From an uncultured Aquiluna sp. (GTDB taxonomy: Bacteria; Actinomycetota; Actinomycetes; Actinomycetales; Microbacteriaceae), in contig CAJYLB010000001.1 in NCBI GenBank assembly GCA_913775595.1, positions 124,001-188,000 of the forward strand: a stretch of 64,000 nt of DNA, read 5' to 3'. The position numbers and the translations under genes are program-made. Numbering within the stretch: the stretch's first letter is position 1; each line of letters starts with the position of its first letter. Of the stretch, positions 29,759-40,494 are shown in pieces. Under the pieces are notes generated by a model that was not told the DNA's origin, did no database searches, and was given only the letters and a program-made list of their open reading frames with translations.

Positions 29759-32446
29759 TTGGCAAACGTCCTAGACAGCCTCTTGCGCGTTGGCGAGGGC
29801 CGCGTCCTTCGAAAATTAGAGGGTATTGCACGAGAGGTAAACGCTCTCGAGCCCGACTACCAGCAGCTCAGCGATGAGGAGCTGAAGGATGAGACGAGGG
29901 CTCTGCGCGAGCGCTATGGAGCGGGTGAGACTCTTGATGATCTCCTCCCAGAGGCCTTCGCCGCTGTTCGCGAAGCATCCGTAAGGACGCTGGGCCTGAG
30001 GCACTTCGACGTTCAGATCATGGGCGGTGCGGCCCTCCACATGGGCAATATCGCCGAAATGAAGACCGGAGAGGGTAAGACTCTCGTTGCCACCTTGGCC
30101 GCTTACCTAAACGCCATTCCCGGCAGGGGAGTGCATGTTGTCACGGTGAACGACTTCCTCGCTGGCTACCAGTCAGACCTCATGGGCAGGATTTATCGTG
30201 CGCTGGGTATGAGTATTGGTTGCATCACCGGTGGCATGGAGCCCCAGCAACGTCGTGAGCAGTACAACTGCGACATCACCTACGGTACGAACAACGAATT
30301 TGGGTTTGATTACCTTCGCGACAACATGTCTCTCTCTAAGCAGGACCTGGTCCAGCGCGGCCACTACTTTGCGGTAGTCGACGAGGTCGACTCGATTCTG
30401 ATTGATGAGGCCAGGACCCCGCTGATTATTTCTGGTCCTGCCGCTCAGGATGTGAATCGTTGGTTTGGGGTCTTTGCCAAGCTCGTCCAGACGTTGAAGA
30501 TTGACGAAGACTACGAGGTTGATGAGAAGAAGCGCACTATCGGTGTGCTGGAGTCAGGCATCGACAAGGTTGAGGACTACCTCGGCATTGAAAACCTCTA
30601 CGAGACAGCGAATACTCCGCTTATTTCATTCTTGAACAATTCAATTCGCGCGAAGGAGCTCTTCCGCAAAGACCGCGATTACGTCGTCGTCAATGGCGAG
30701 GTTCAGATTGTTGATGAGCACACTGGCCGCATCCTGCCTGGTCGCCGTTACAACGAGGGTATGCACCAAGCAATTGAGGCCAAAGAGGGGGTGCAGATCA
30801 AGGCAGAGAACCAGACTCTTGCTTCGGTAACGCTGCAGAACTACTTCAGGCTGTACTCAAAGCTGTCTGGCATGACTGGAACAGCAGAGACCGAGGCCGC
30901 GGAATTCATGTCCACCTACAAGCTTGGTGTTGTACCGATTCCGACCAATAGGCCAATGATTCGCAAGGATCAGTCCGACCTCATTTATAAGAACGAAGAG
31001 GCCAAGTTCATGATGGTGGTCGCCGACATCGCCGAGCGCCATCGCAAAGGTCAGCCGGTCTTGGTCGGTACCACCTCGGTTGAAAAGAGCGAATACCTAT
31101 CGAAGCTCCTTGCCAAGGCGGGAATTCGACACGAGGTCTTGAATGCAAAGAACAACGCTCGCGAGGCCGTCATTGTTGCCCAGGCTGGTAGGTATGGCGC
31201 GGTCACGGTGGCAACCAACATGGCCGGACGAGGTACCGACATCATGCTTGGTGGAAACGCAGAGTTTCTCGCGGTGCAAGAGATGCAGCGCCTCAAGCTT
31301 GATCCTGAAGAAAACCAAGCCGAGTACGAGGCCAAGTGGGACGGTGTCTTTGAGGCAATCCGCGAAGAGGTGGCCAAAGAGGCGGAAAAGGTCCTCGAGG
31401 TAGGCGGACTCTATGTTCTGGGAACTGAACGCCACGAGTCCAGGCGCATAGACAACCAGCTTCGCGGTCGCTCAGGTCGTCAGGGAGACCCCGGTGAGTC
31501 AAGGTTCTACCTTTCGCTGACCGACGATTTGATGAGACTGTTCAACTCTCAAGCCGCGGCAAGCCTGATGAACAGGTCATCTGTTCCGGACGACCAGGCC
31601 ATTGAGTCAAAGGTTGTCTCTAGGGCCATTGCCTCGGCCCAGTCTCAGGTTGAAGGTCGAAACGCTGAAATTCGAAAGAACATCCTGAAATACGACGATG
31701 TCATGAACCGCCAGCGTGAGGCGATTTACGCAGACCGCCGGCAGATTCTCGAGGGTGAGGATATCTCTGCGACTTTTGAAGCATTCTTGGAGGATGTCAT
31801 CACCTCGAACGTTCGTGGTTACCTCACCGAGGAAAACAGTGCAGATTGGGACCTTGAGGGTCTTTGGACCCAGCTTAAGTCCATCTACCCAATTGGCTTA
31901 GAGGTTGCTGAGGTCCTGGAGGAGGCAGGCTCAAGGGCCAAGGTGAAGGTGGACTGGCTTGCTGAGGAGATCCTCAGTGATGCGAAGCTCGCCTACCAAA
32001 GAAGAACTGATGAAATAGGCGAGCAGCTCATGCGTGAGCTGGAGCGCCGAGTCATGCTGTCAGTAATAGACCGGAAGTGGCGTGACCACCTTTACGAGAT
32101 GGATTACCTAAAGGAGGGTATTGGCCTTCGGGCAATGGCCCAGCGAGACCCACTGGTTGAGTACCAGCGCGAGGGATACGTCATGTTCCAGGACATGATG
32201 GCGGGCATTCGTGAGGAGGCTGTCCAGTTCCTGTTCAACGTTGAGATTAAGAAGTCAGTGCCTGACATTGCCCAGGAGCAGCCGCAGCAACTTACCTATT
32301 CGGCACCGAGTGAGCAGGGTGGCGTACAGGTAAAGAATCAGAATGGTCAGCAGACTCAAAGGCAGGCTCCAAAGCAGACTAGGTCGACCCCACCACCTCA
32401 GCCACCAAAGACCGGTGGCGCGGGCTCTTCGTTCTTTAAGAACTAA
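29759..32446 (+). CDS. secA: Preprotein translocase subunit SecA
   Basis: [45 protein letters not shown]. Confidence 0.98.
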   Translation: MANVLDSLLRVGEGRVLRKLEGIAREVNALEPDYQQLSDEELKDETRALRERYGAGETLDDLLPEAFAAVREASVRTLGLRHFDVQIMGGAALHMGNIAEMKTGEGKTLVATLAAYLNAIPGRGVHVVTVNDFLAGYQSDLMGRIYRALGMSIGCITGGMEPQQRREQYNCDITYGTNNEFGFDYLRDNMSLSKQDLVQRGHYFAVVDEVDSILIDEARTPLIISGPAAQDVNRWFGVFAKLVQTLKIDEDYEVDEKKRTIGVLESGIDKVEDYLGIENLYETANTPLISFLNNSIRAKELFRKDRDYVVVNGEVQIVDEHTGRILPGRRYNEGMHQAIEAKEGVQIKAENQTLASVTLQNYFRLYSKLSGMTGTAETEAAEFMSTYKLGVVPIPTNRPMIRKDQSDLIYKNEEAKFMMVVADIAERHRKGQPVLVGTTSVEKSEYLSKLLAKAGIRHEVLNAKNNAREAVIVAQAGRYGAVTVATNMAGRGTDIMLGGNAEFLAVQEMQRLKLDPEENQAEYEAKWDGVFEAIREEVAKEAEKVLEVGGLYVLGTERHESRRIDNQLRGRSGRQGDPGESRFYLSLTDDLMRLFNSQAAASLMNRSSVPDDQAIESKVVSRAIASAQSQVEGRNAEIRKNILKYDDVMNRQREAIYADRRQILEGEDISATFEAFLEDVITSNVRGYLTEENSADWDLEGLWTQLKSIYPIGLEVAEVLEEAGSRAKVKVDWLAEEILSDAKLAYQRRTDEIGEQLMRELERRVMLSVIDRKWRDHLYEMDYLKEGIGLRAMAQRDPLVEYQREGYVMFQDMMAGIREEAVQFLFNVEIKKSVPDIAQEQPQQLTYSAPSEQGGVQVKNQNGQQTQRQAPKQTRSTPPPQPPKTGGAGSSFFKN

Positions 32447-32808
32447 ACGAGGACTATGTCCGTAATGCGGTATCTCTCGTAAATCAGCTCCGCACGAATA
32501 GACACAGCCTTAAGGACCCCTGAAATTTGGAGTATGACGACGCCTTGAAAAGAGTTGTCTGAGGTGAGGAAGGTGCGAGTCCTTCTCAGCACAATGTCGG
32601 GTCGCTCACGAATCCCAGTGACTTCTCGAGCCCTCGCCTCTCGGTTGTAGCGCTGGCAGATGTCGTAGTAGGCGGTGTCACTGAGCCACCTAGCCAGCTG
32701 CTCGGGCCTCCTAAGGCCTGCGAGCACCTCTACATAGGCTGCGCATATTTCAGCAAAAAACTCGGCCGGATCTGGCGGGCTGATTGCTAACTGTGTTGCT
32801 GTAGGCAT
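32443..32808 (-). CDS. Rv3235-family protein
   Basis: [16 protein letters not shown] motif; convergent with secA. Confidence 0.8.
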   Translation of the reverse strand: MPTATQLAISPPDPAEFFAEICAAYVEVLAGLRRPEQLARWLSDTAYYDICQRYNREARAREVTGIRERPDIVLRRTRTFLTSDNSFQGVVILQISGVLKAVSIRAELIYERYRITDIVLV

Positions 32809-32884
32809 TTGATCCCCCTTTTTCGGTTATGGAAGGCAAAGTATGCCGAGCAAAGCCAAATTCTGGATTTCCCGGCTTTAGACC

Positions 32885-32893
32885 TGTGGATAA
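32885..32893 (-). promoter_or_regulatory. DnaA box
   Basis: TGTGGATAA = TTATCCACA consensus, intergenic; second box TGTGCATAA at 33327-33335. Confidence 0.5.
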
Positions 32894-32925
32894 GTCAATG
32901 CGGGAAGACTTTGGTGCTGTGATTT

Positions 32926-33348
32926 GTGGCTATGAAAGTCTTGACCGAAACTCAAAACTATTTCCCGGCCCGCACCGAAGAGCCACTTGCATCACTGCAG
33001 CTAAACATTAGGGGGAGAGAATTCAACCTCAAGCACGCTCGTATGGGGAATGACTTCGTGTTTGGGATTGGGACCAATTGCCTGCTGGCCGTGCCGGCTA
33101 AACGTGTTAGTGCGCTCCGGGGGTGCATCCCAAACCAAATTGAACAGTTACAACTCGTTGATTTCCTCACGCTACAAAAGACCCCGGTTCGTCTGGAGCT
33201 TGAGGTGGATGGAAAGAAGAGCTCTAGCTGGCTCCTGAACATCACTGGCAACTGGCTAAGAATCTCCACTCGCACGGGAGTGGAGTGGGTTCACTCATCA
33301 GCGCTAGTTATGGCAAGGATTGGGCCTGTGCATAACCCAATGCAATGA
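32926..33348 (+). CDS. Hypothetical protein
   Basis: 140-aa ORF filling the gap, co-directional with the SAF gene. Confidence 0.6.
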   Translation: MAMKVLTETQNYFPARTEEPLASLQLNIRGREFNLKHARMGNDFVFGIGTNCLLAVPAKRVSALRGCIPNQIEQLQLVDFLTLQKTPVRLELEVDGKKSSSWLLNITGNWLRISTRTGVEWVHSSALVMARIGPVHNPMQ

Positions 33349-33375
33349 TTTCTCGCCTGACCTAACCTGTCGCGC

Positions 33376-33954
33376 ATGGCAGTTCGGATCAGGCGCAGAC
33401 CAAGACCCTGGGTCTTTATCGCAGGCTTCATGGCTATTGCCATGGCAGCGGCTGTGCTATTCGGGCTAAATAGGCCATTGCCAACTTACTTAGTCGCAGC
33501 CAGCACCTTGCAGCCAGGTGCGGTGTTGAGCGAAAGCGACTTTGAACTGGTGGAACTTGACCTAGGACCGATTTCCGCTAACTACGCTCAAGCCGTTCCG
33601 CAGGGACAAACAGTTGTAAACCTGATTAGAGCCGGTGAGTTGGTGCCCACAATTAGCCTTCGCGATTATTCTCCAGCCGGTTTAACATCAATCCGCTTCA
33701 TGCCTGCTAGCCGCCCAGCAAGCGAGACAATCGTTGGAAGCCACGTTGCGGTGTGGCAGGTAGTTGAAGTCGAAGAGGTGCCAACCTCTCAACTCTTGGT
33801 GGCTCGTTCTCTGGTTGTTGCAGTGGATGAGGCCGAGGGGTTGTTTGCTGACAACACACCGGAGTTAGAGCTCCAGCTCTATGCAGAGCAGGCAACCCTC
33901 GTCATGGCAGCCCTGGCAGCCGACTACCCGTTGTTCGTTCTACCCACGCCATGA
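33376..33954 (+). CDS. SAF-domain (CpaB/FlgA-like) membrane-anchored protein
   Basis: N-terminal TM; YLVAA..L.PG..L...D and I.AGELVP SAF pattern. Confidence 0.7.
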   Translation: MAVRIRRRPRPWVFIAGFMAIAMAAAVLFGLNRPLPTYLVAASTLQPGAVLSESDFELVELDLGPISANYAQAVPQGQTVVNLIRAGELVPTISLRDYSPAGLTSIRFMPASRPASETIVGSHVAVWQVVEVEEVPTSQLLVARSLVVAVDEAEGLFADNTPELELQLYAEQATLVMAALAADYPLFVLPTP

Positions 33955-34790
33955 CACTGATCGATTTCAGGGTTCCCCAAGATAAGCAGACAAACTTGGC
34001 GACTTTGGGAAAGCAAATTGTCTGCTGGGGCAGTAGCGGTAGCGGGAAAAGCTCAATTGCAACAAATCTTGCATTCGAACTTGCATTTCTTAGCAACAAA
34101 GTCGCGCTCGTGGATGCCGATAGTTACCATCCCTCAATTGCCGCCCTACTCGGTCTTATCGACTCGGGTTCAGGGATAGCGGCGTGCCTGAGACTCTGCC
34201 GTAAAGGCCGATTTGGAACCGAGGATCTTGCGCGTCTTAGTCAGCGAATCGAATTTGAAGAGCGGAGCATTGATGTTGTCACCGGGATACCACTCGTCTC
34301 TCGCTGGCCCGAGCTGGACGCTCCCGCGCTGCATGTCTTGGCTTCGACCCTAGCGGAGCATTATGACTTTATTGTTTGGGATGTAGCGAGCTACCGGGAG
34401 ATCACGATTTACGGCTCAGAGACAGCTACGTCCAGAAACGAAGCCACCAACACCCTCATTGAGCTTGCTGATCTGACAATGGGTCTTTTCCTAGCCGATC
34501 CAGTTGGAGTCAATAGGTTCCTGTTCGATTGCAAAGTTGAACACGGTGATTTTTGGCCAGTTGCCAATAGGGTCCGCAGTACAGTGCTTGGAAAACGCCC
34601 TGAGAATGAGGTCGCAAAAGTACTCGCTGATGTCGCAGATATCCAGCTCGTTGAGTCCATTCGAGAAGACTCCTCATTTGACTCGATGCTGGCAACGGCA
34701 AAACCGTTACGGTTTCAAGGACGCAGCTCGAAGGCATTGGAGGCTATCTCTCGCCTTGCCAAGAAAGCGACCGAATACCTCGGAGAGTAA
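33951..34790 (+). CDS. MinD/ParA/CpaE-like P-loop ATPase
   Basis: WGSSGSGKS Walker A, LVDAD, FIVWD. Confidence 0.8.
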   Translation: MTLIDFRVPQDKQTNLATLGKQIVCWGSSGSGKSSIATNLAFELAFLSNKVALVDADSYHPSIAALLGLIDSGSGIAACLRLCRKGRFGTEDLARLSQRIEFEERSIDVVTGIPLVSRWPELDAPALHVLASTLAEHYDFIVWDVASYREITIYGSETATSRNEATNTLIELADLTMGLFLADPVGVNRFLFDCKVEHGDFWPVANRVRSTVLGKRPENEVAKVLADVADIQLVESIREDSSFDSMLATAKPLRFQGRSSKALEAISRLAKKATEYLGE

Positions 34791-34799
34791 ACTCGCCGC

Positions 34800-36230
34800 G
34801 TGGTGGAAAACGAAGTTCAGGAGCTGGCCTGGGTTAGGACCCTGATGGCCGACTGGCAGCTCATCGCCGATGCGGCTTTCTCTGATCTCGTTCTTTGGGT
34901 GCCGAAGCGAACCAAGCTTCACGTTTACGCTCACGCTAGGCCGTCAACGGCCGCGACTCTGTTCTACAGAGACATCACCGGGACCGCAGCCAGAACAGAT
35001 TGGCGAAAGGCAATCGATGAGGCGTGGGAGACCGGGAAGCCCGTTATCGCCAGTCAGGTGAGCGAATACAGCGGCACCGCGAGCAAGATATCTGCCTACC
35101 CAGTTTTCCAGCCAAAGAAAAACTCCAAATCCAAGCCGGTCGCGGTGATTACTCGTCACACCAACCTCGGCGAATCGCGTTACCCAAACAAGCTCCAGCT
35201 CAACTTTGTTGCTTGTGCGGAGCAGCTGCTCGAAATGGTGAGTGCAGGGGAGTTTCCAATTCCCGAAGCAGGGACAGACTCTCGACGCGGAGCACCTCGA
35301 GTAACGGACGGACTCATCAGGCTGGATAAGAGCGGCAGAGTTCTGTTCGCATCGCCTAATGCCCTTTCGATGTTCAATAGGTCTGGTTTGGATGGGGAGC
35401 TTGAGGGCAGGCTCTTCTCAGATTCGGTAAAGGGTCTGAGTCCAGTCTCGGGAAATGTTGACGAGGGGCTTCCCCTGGTTCTAACCGGCAAGGGTGCATG
35501 GAAGACAGATATCGAGTTTGAGTCGATGGTGCTCTCCATCAGGTCGATTCCTATCACCTCGGCTGGGGAGAGAAGCGGGGCTGCAGTTTTGTGTAGGGAT
35601 GTGACCGAGCTTCGCGTTAGAGAGCGCGAGCTGCTTACAAAGGACCTAACTATTCGGGAGATTCATCACCGCGTTAAGAACAACCTCCAAACTGTCGCAA
35701 GCTTGCTTCGAATTCAGTCGAGGCAGTCGAAATCTGAAGAGGTGAAGGACTCACTTGCCCAGGCTATGCGCAGGGTGTCGTCAATTGCAGTGGTTCACGA
35801 CGTGCTGTCTGAGGGCATTGACCAGGAGATCTCCTTCGATCAGATCTTTGACCGCATCCTTCAGCTCATCCCAGAGATTGCCTCTGGCTTTCACAGCAAG
35901 GTAAAGACGGCATTCTCGGGCAGCTTTGGGGACCTTGATGCAGACAAGGCAACCACGCTTGCACTAGTGCTTACGGAGTTGGTCGCAAACGCGGTCCAAC
36001 ACGGTCTGGCCGATGCATCAGGAGAAATTAGTGTCGAGGCGGCGAGAGACAATCACCTACTCCGCGTTGAAGTCACAGACAATGGCAGCGGTCTAGTGGA
36101 GGGCAAGATAGGCAGTGGCCTGGGCACGCAAATAGTCAGGACCCTCGTTGAGAGTGAACTTCAGGGAAAGATCGCCTGGACATCGCCAATTAGAGGCGGT
36201 ACGAAGGTGAGTGTCGAGCTGCCCGTTTAG
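34800..36230 (+). CDS. pdtaS: Cytoplasmic sensor histidine kinase, PdtaS-like
   Basis: WQLIADAAFSDLVLW, PRVTDGLI, IREIHHRVKNNLQ, TELVANAVQHG. Confidence 0.9.
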   Translation: MVENEVQELAWVRTLMADWQLIADAAFSDLVLWVPKRTKLHVYAHARPSTAATLFYRDITGTAARTDWRKAIDEAWETGKPVIASQVSEYSGTASKISAYPVFQPKKNSKSKPVAVITRHTNLGESRYPNKLQLNFVACAEQLLEMVSAGEFPIPEAGTDSRRGAPRVTDGLIRLDKSGRVLFASPNALSMFNRSGLDGELEGRLFSDSVKGLSPVSGNVDEGLPLVLTGKGAWKTDIEFESMVLSIRSIPITSAGERSGAAVLCRDVTELRVRERELLTKDLTIREIHHRVKNNLQTVASLLRIQSRQSKSEEVKDSLAQAMRRVSSIAVVHDVLSEGIDQEISFDQIFDRILQLIPEIASGFHSKVKTAFSGSFGDLDADKATTLALVLTELVANAVQHGLADASGEISVEAARDNHLLRVEVTDNGSGLVEGKIGSGLGTQIVRTLVESELQGKIAWTSPIRGGTKVSVELPV

Positions 36231-36481
36231 CCGGCGCGTCGAGCACGTGCGTAGCGACGCTTGAGCGAGCGACGCTCGTCTTCACTCAGACCACCCCATA
36301 CGCCGGTGTCCTGGTTTTCTTTGATTGCGTACTCAAGGCACTGAGCGGAAACATCGCATTGACGGCAGATTGACTTGGCTTGCTCGATTTGCTCCAGAGC
36401 TGGTCCAGTGTTCCCTACGGGGAAGAAGAGCTCGGGATCTTCGTTGAGGCATCGGGCCTGATTTAGCCAGGTCATATCCAT
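36227..36481 (-). CDS. whiB1: WhiB1 Fe-S transcription factor
   Basis: EDPELFFPVGNTGPA, four Cys, GVWGGLSEDERR. Confidence 0.93.
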   Translation of the reverse strand: MDMTWLNQARCLNEDPELFFPVGNTGPALEQIEQAKSICRQCDVSAQCLEYAIKENQDTGVWGGLSEDERRSLKRRYARARRAG

Positions 36482-36552
36482 AGTTTTCTGTTATTCCTAA
36501 GGTCAATTGCGGCTTGTTTTGCAGGTAAAGTCCTACTGACAACCCCAAAATC

Positions 36553-36975
36553 GTGTCACAGCGAGGCCCAGAAATCAATACCCAATCTCCCAAAAGACCC
36601 CTGCGTTTGCTCATAGCGATAGCTATTGTCAGTGCTCAGGCACTGGTGCTATGGGCTCTAGGGCTGCAGTCAATCCTTGCCGTGCTCAACGGCTTAGTCA
36701 CCTCAATCGCAAGCTCATTGTTTCTTGTTGGCCTAATACTGGGAGCGGCAATCTGGGCAACGAATGTGGTGCTTGGACTTTGGAAACTAAAGCGCTGGGC
36801 TCACACGCCTGCTCTCATGCTCCAGCTTCTCGGCGCGGCAATTGGAACCGCATCATTTAGTGGAGAGTTTGCGGAGCCTCTAGTTGGAACGCTGCTTCTT
36901 GGGTCAGCGGCTTTAGCCTTTGTGCTGCTTTTCGGAGGCGGCATACGCGGCCTCTTCCACAGCTCTACTGACTAA
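36553..36975 (+). CDS. Hypothetical membrane protein (about 4 TM)
   Basis: Hydrophobic 140-aa ORF with RWAHTPAL motif. Confidence 0.7.
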   Translation: MSQRGPEINTQSPKRPLRLLIAIAIVSAQALVLWALGLQSILAVLNGLVTSIASSLFLVGLILGAAIWATNVVLGLWKLKRWAHTPALMLQLLGAAIGTASFSGEFAEPLVGTLLLGSAALAFVLLFGGGIRGLFHSSTD

Positions 36976-37459
36976 CTAGCTTGAGTAGCTTGGGGATGTG
37001 GCCAGTGGCTCTGACGTTATACATGGCCTCTTTCACCACTCCTCCCGCCTCGACGACGATTGTCGAGCGGAGCACGCCCCGGTACAGCCGACCAAAGATT
37101 GTTTTGTCTCCGAAAGCACCGAACGCTTTGTGGGCTGCGAGATCTGGATCTGACAGCAGGGTAAATGTGAGCTCGTGAGAGTCTTCAAAGCTCTTTAGTC
37201 GCTCTACCGAATCGGGTGAAACCCCAACGATTTGGTAGCCCTTTTTTTCAAACTCCTCGACGTGGTCCTGAAAGTCAGCGGCCTCTTTGGTGCAGCCTGG
37301 CGTGCCCGCGGATGGGAAAAAGTAGAGAACAGTGCCCTGAGCAAATAGCTGATCACCGAGGATGACTTGACCGTCTTGATTTGGCAGTGCGAGCTCTGGC
37401 ACGTTATCCCCGGAGCGCAGTTGCACGGTGGAACCAGCTAGCTCACGACTTTCTGTCAT
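36965..37459 (-). CDS. bcp: Bcp/PrxQ peroxiredoxin, single-Cys form
   Basis: YFFPSAGTPGCTKEAADF, GVSPD, LLSD, RST; only one Cys in the protein. Confidence 0.88.
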   Translation of the reverse strand: MTESRELAGSTVQLRSGDNVPELALPNQDGQVILGDQLFAQGTVLYFFPSAGTPGCTKEAADFQDHVEEFEKKGYQIVGVSPDSVERLKSFEDSHELTFTLLSDPDLAAHKAFGAFGDKTIFGRLYRGVLRSTIVVEAGGVVKEAMYNVRATGHIPKLLKLVSQ

Positions 37460-37569
37460 AGCAACAGACTAATTTGAAAGGTGAGCGTGTTTAGTGAAAT
37501 TTCGCCGAAAGCGTCCATTGGAAATGCTTGGCAGGTCGGTGTAGTCAAGTGGTAGGCTTTTGCGCTGAT

Positions 37570-37645
<76 letters not shown>

Positions 37646-37676
37646 ATAAATCCAGCAGTGGACGGAAAGTCTCCTC

Positions 37677-38447
37677 TCAGACTCCCATAGTCCCGAGCAC
37701 GATTACCCAGCCAAGAACCGACTTCGCCACCAGGCTGAGAACGATGTAGGCCTTCTCCCCGAATGGATAGCTCCTCCAGGGACCAACCTTTTTGTATTGC
37801 AAGAACATATTGATTGCAAAGGTGTTGAAAAAGATAAAGGTAGCCAAGAATCCGATTTGAGCGTACGCGGGCACGGCGTCCGAGATGTTCCCTGTCGAGA
37901 CAATGAAGTAAATCGCACCCATAATCCAAGGGACGATTCCAGCAACGACTCCGACATTGAAGGGGAGCCAGCTCACCTTGTCTGTCAGCTGGTTGTAGCG
38001 CTCCATGACCAAACCCATCAGATTCATGATGAAGTTCAGGGTGAAAATGAAGACCACAGTCGAAACCTCGATTAGACCACCAAGCATCAAAAGCACCACC
38101 AACATCAGTGAGGAGCTAATTGAGTACTCCCACCAACGTGGAGGGTTTATGCCTTTTGCAATGTTCTGTTCGTAGCGCTGAATGTAGAAGGGAGCCGAGA
38201 TCATCAGGTGAGCAAATGCGGAGAGCAGCAAGAAAATCGGAGCAATTAGAGAAATCGGGAAGTCAAAGAGAGTCTCACTCACAGGCTGAATCCCCTGAGG
38301 GGTTTCATCGAAGAACCGAGTTATCACCGGTATCTTTGCCGCATCGTCAAGTATTAGGAAGAGCACCAATGCTTGAGCGAGGTGGAAAACACCCGCAATC
38401 CTGTTGAACGTCTGTAGTTGTTTTCCCAGCGCAGTTTCTGGCTTCAA
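37677..38447 (-). CDS. Heliorhodopsin
   Basis: 7-TM protein with FHLAQ, AHL, NPPRWWEYSISSS (counterion Glu), and GEKAYIVLSLVAKS (retinal Lys); TTG start with GGAG RBS. Confidence 0.93.
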   Translation of the reverse strand: MKPETALGKQLQTFNRIAGVFHLAQALVLFLILDDAAKIPVITRFFDETPQGIQPVSETLFDFPISLIAPIFLLLSAFAHLMISAPFYIQRYEQNIAKGINPPRWWEYSISSSLMLVVLLMLGGLIEVSTVVFIFTLNFIMNLMGLVMERYNQLTDKVSWLPFNVGVVAGIVPWIMGAIYFIVSTGNISDAVPAYAQIGFLATFIFFNTFAINMFLQYKKVGPWRSYPFGEKAYIVLSLVAKSVLGWVIVLGTMGV

Positions 38448-38534
38448 TTTGCTTCTCCGGTCTATCTATTCACTGGAGCAAACAAGCCTGTCTCGGGTTG
38501 AATTCCAACCTCTTGCCTTGACCGTGCCCGTTTT

Positions 38535-38963
38535 TCACCATGGCATCGGTATGTCACGGATGGGGTGCGCATCATCTGGGATTGCCTTGAGCTTTCCACC
38601 ACCAGCTCTAATGCAAAGCCAACGCAGCTCAGATGGGCTATCGGGCGTGCAACGCCAGGTTCGCATGACTCCAGTACCCACATGCACTACTGTTCCCGCA
38701 CTCACATCCACAACCTCATCATCGAGCCCCATCTGGCCCTCTCCCTCGAGAAAGATGTAGACCTCCTCTAGTTCGGAGTGGCTGTGCCAGTAGCCGGCCT
38801 CCTCGCCCGGTTCATAAGCTGTTGCGGTAAAGCCGATCACCTCGGTGTCGAGCTCGTGGTCAATCACTCTTCGACCCTGCTTGTTGGTTGCCGGAACGAA
38901 TCCGCCGAAGTGGTCGCGCCAAGTTTCCATTGGACCCATTTGTGTAATGCTGTAGTTACTCAT
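38535..38963 (-). CDS. Cupin-domain protein
   Basis: YWHSHSELEEVYIFLEGEG motif 1; motif 2 GTVVHVGTGVMR. Confidence 0.85.
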   Translation of the reverse strand: MSNYSITQMGPMETWRDHFGGFVPATNKQGRRVIDHELDTEVIGFTATAYEPGEEAGYWHSHSELEEVYIFLEGEGQMGLDDEVVDVSAGTVVHVGTGVMRTWRCTPDSPSELRWLCIRAGGGKLKAIPDDAHPIRDIPMPW

Positions 38964-38981
38964 GGCATTCAGGCTAGCTGG

Positions 38982-39269
38982 CTAGAAGCCGAGTAGCAGC
39001 GTGAGTGCAACCTCATCACCAACCGAAATGCTGTGACGCTTTCTAACCTCGTCCTTCAGCGGAATGAAGTAGACGCCATCCTTTGGAGTAATTGCGGTTC
39101 GATACTCCCTACCCCCAACGACTATCTTGCATGTGATCATGCCCCAGCCGTAGGTGAGCTCCTGCTTGACCTCGTCTATCTCCCTGGCAAACTCTTCTGA
39201 GGTGGCGACAAAGTAGAAGGGGGCAGGCCCCCTCCATTCGAATACCTTGCCAACTACCTCAAATTCCAT
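38982..39269 (-). CDS. DUF1905-family protein
   Basis: WRGPAPFYF, TYGWG, PKDG.Y.IPLK..VR; start set at ATG 39269. Confidence 0.8.
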   Translation of the reverse strand: MEFEVVGKVFEWRGPAPFYFVATSEEFAREIDEVKQELTYGWGMITCKIVVGGREYRTAITPKDGVYFIPLKDEVRKRHSISVGDEVALTLLLGF

Positions 39270-39303
39270 CGCAGGCGACTCCTCTGTCTGTAAGAATCTA
39301 GCT

Positions 39304-39567
39304 GTGAACAAGGGTATAGAGCGCTTCCTGAATAAACACGGTCGGCTGGCACAGATACCAGTGCGTGATGATAGACGCTTAGAGGTTTTAGGGCACCTCG
39401 CAAAAGAGTTCCAACCAGATCAGGAACTTAGCGAGATTGAGGTAAACGAAAAAGTCATGCCTTTTCACGACGACTACGTGATGCTGCGTAGGATGCTGGT
39501 CGATTACAAGTTTCTAAACCGCAGCCTCGACGGCAAGACTTACTGGAGACCGAAGAGTGCCCAATAA
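39304..39567 (+). CDS. DUF2087-family winged-helix protein
   Basis: GRL.QIP, E.EVN, HDDYVMLRRMLVD..FL.R..G..YW; GTG start 39304. Confidence 0.8.
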   Translation: MNKGIERFLNKHGRLAQIPVRDDRRLEVLGHLAKEFQPDQELSEIEVNEKVMPFHDDYVMLRRMLVDYKFLNRSLDGKTYWRPKSAQ

Positions 39568-40486
39568 CCTAATCGCCCTCGAACCTAGGCAGTTTGAGAC
39601 CTACGTGGAGGCAATCGAAGCCTCAGGCGGAAAAGTAAGCCAGCTTGACCCGGATGTCCAAGCACTTGTGTGGACCGACTACGCAAGAGCTGACTTGCTG
39701 TCTGATGCCCTAGCGGCGAATCCCCAATTGAAGTTTGTGCAATTGCCATTTGCTGGCGTCGATGCCTTCAGCAAAATAATTGCTGACTACCCGGAGATTA
39801 CATTCACCTCGGCCAAGCGCTCATACTCTGAGCCAGTTGCAGAGCATGCCCTGATGCTCTGCATGGCGCTTGGCAGGGTAATTCCAGAGAGAGTGCGCGC
39901 AACGAGCTGGGGTAAGAAGCATGCCGACAGCCTCTTTGATGCCGAGGTATTGATAGTTGGCGGTGGCGGGATAGCGCAGCAGCTAGTCGAACTTTTGGCT
40001 CCCATGCGATCTAGAGTCACAGTTGTTCGAAAGCGACCAGCCGAACTCTTTGAGAACTCTGAATATTCAGAAGTTGTAGGTTTTGATCAGCTCGATGTGA
40101 AGCTAGCGAGCGCTCAGTTCGTGGTGTTGGCTTGTGCACTCACGGCTGAGACGAAGTTCCTATTCGACAAGCATAGGTTTGGCCTAATGCGACCGGATTC
40201 GTACCTAGTCAATGTAGCTCGGGGAGAGGTTGTAAACCAGGAGGACCTGGTTGAGGCACTGCGTTTAGGGCAGATTGCTGCCTGTGCAACCGATGTCACC
40301 TACCCCGAACCACTTCCCGAGGATCATGAGATGTGGCGGGTGGAAAACCTGCTGATCACTCCACATACCGCCGACACCATGCCAATCGTCACAAGGCTAT
40401 TCGCGCTGCGACTTCGAGAGAACATCTCAGCATGGCTAGCCGGAGATGAGCTTGTCGGGGTTGTGGACCCCGCGCTTGGTTACTAG
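39557..40486 (+). CDS. D-isomer-specific 2-hydroxyacid dehydrogenase
   Basis: VAEHA, VGGGGIA, NVARG, DVTYPEPLP, ITPHTA. Confidence 0.9.
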   Translation: MPNNLIALEPRQFETYVEAIEASGGKVSQLDPDVQALVWTDYARADLLSDALAANPQLKFVQLPFAGVDAFSKIIADYPEITFTSAKRSYSEPVAEHALMLCMALGRVIPERVRATSWGKKHADSLFDAEVLIVGGGGIAQQLVELLAPMRSRVTVVRKRPAELFENSEYSEVVGFDQLDVKLASAQFVVLACALTAETKFLFDKHRFGLMRPDSYLVNVARGEVVNQEDLVEALRLGQIAACATDVTYPEPLPEDHEMWRVENLLITPHTADTMPIVTRLFALRLRENISAWLAGDELVGVVDPALGY

Positions 40487-40494
40487 GCGGCGAC

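Noticed and set aside
32885..33335. Replication origin
   Set aside because: Only two DnaA boxes, separated by a gene, with no dnaA/dnaN or AT-rich unwinding element
37677..38447. Actinorhodopsin or other proton-pumping rhodopsin
   Set aside because: Lacks the RYxDW and DxxAK type-1 motifs; RWWEY and SLVAK indicate heliorhodopsin
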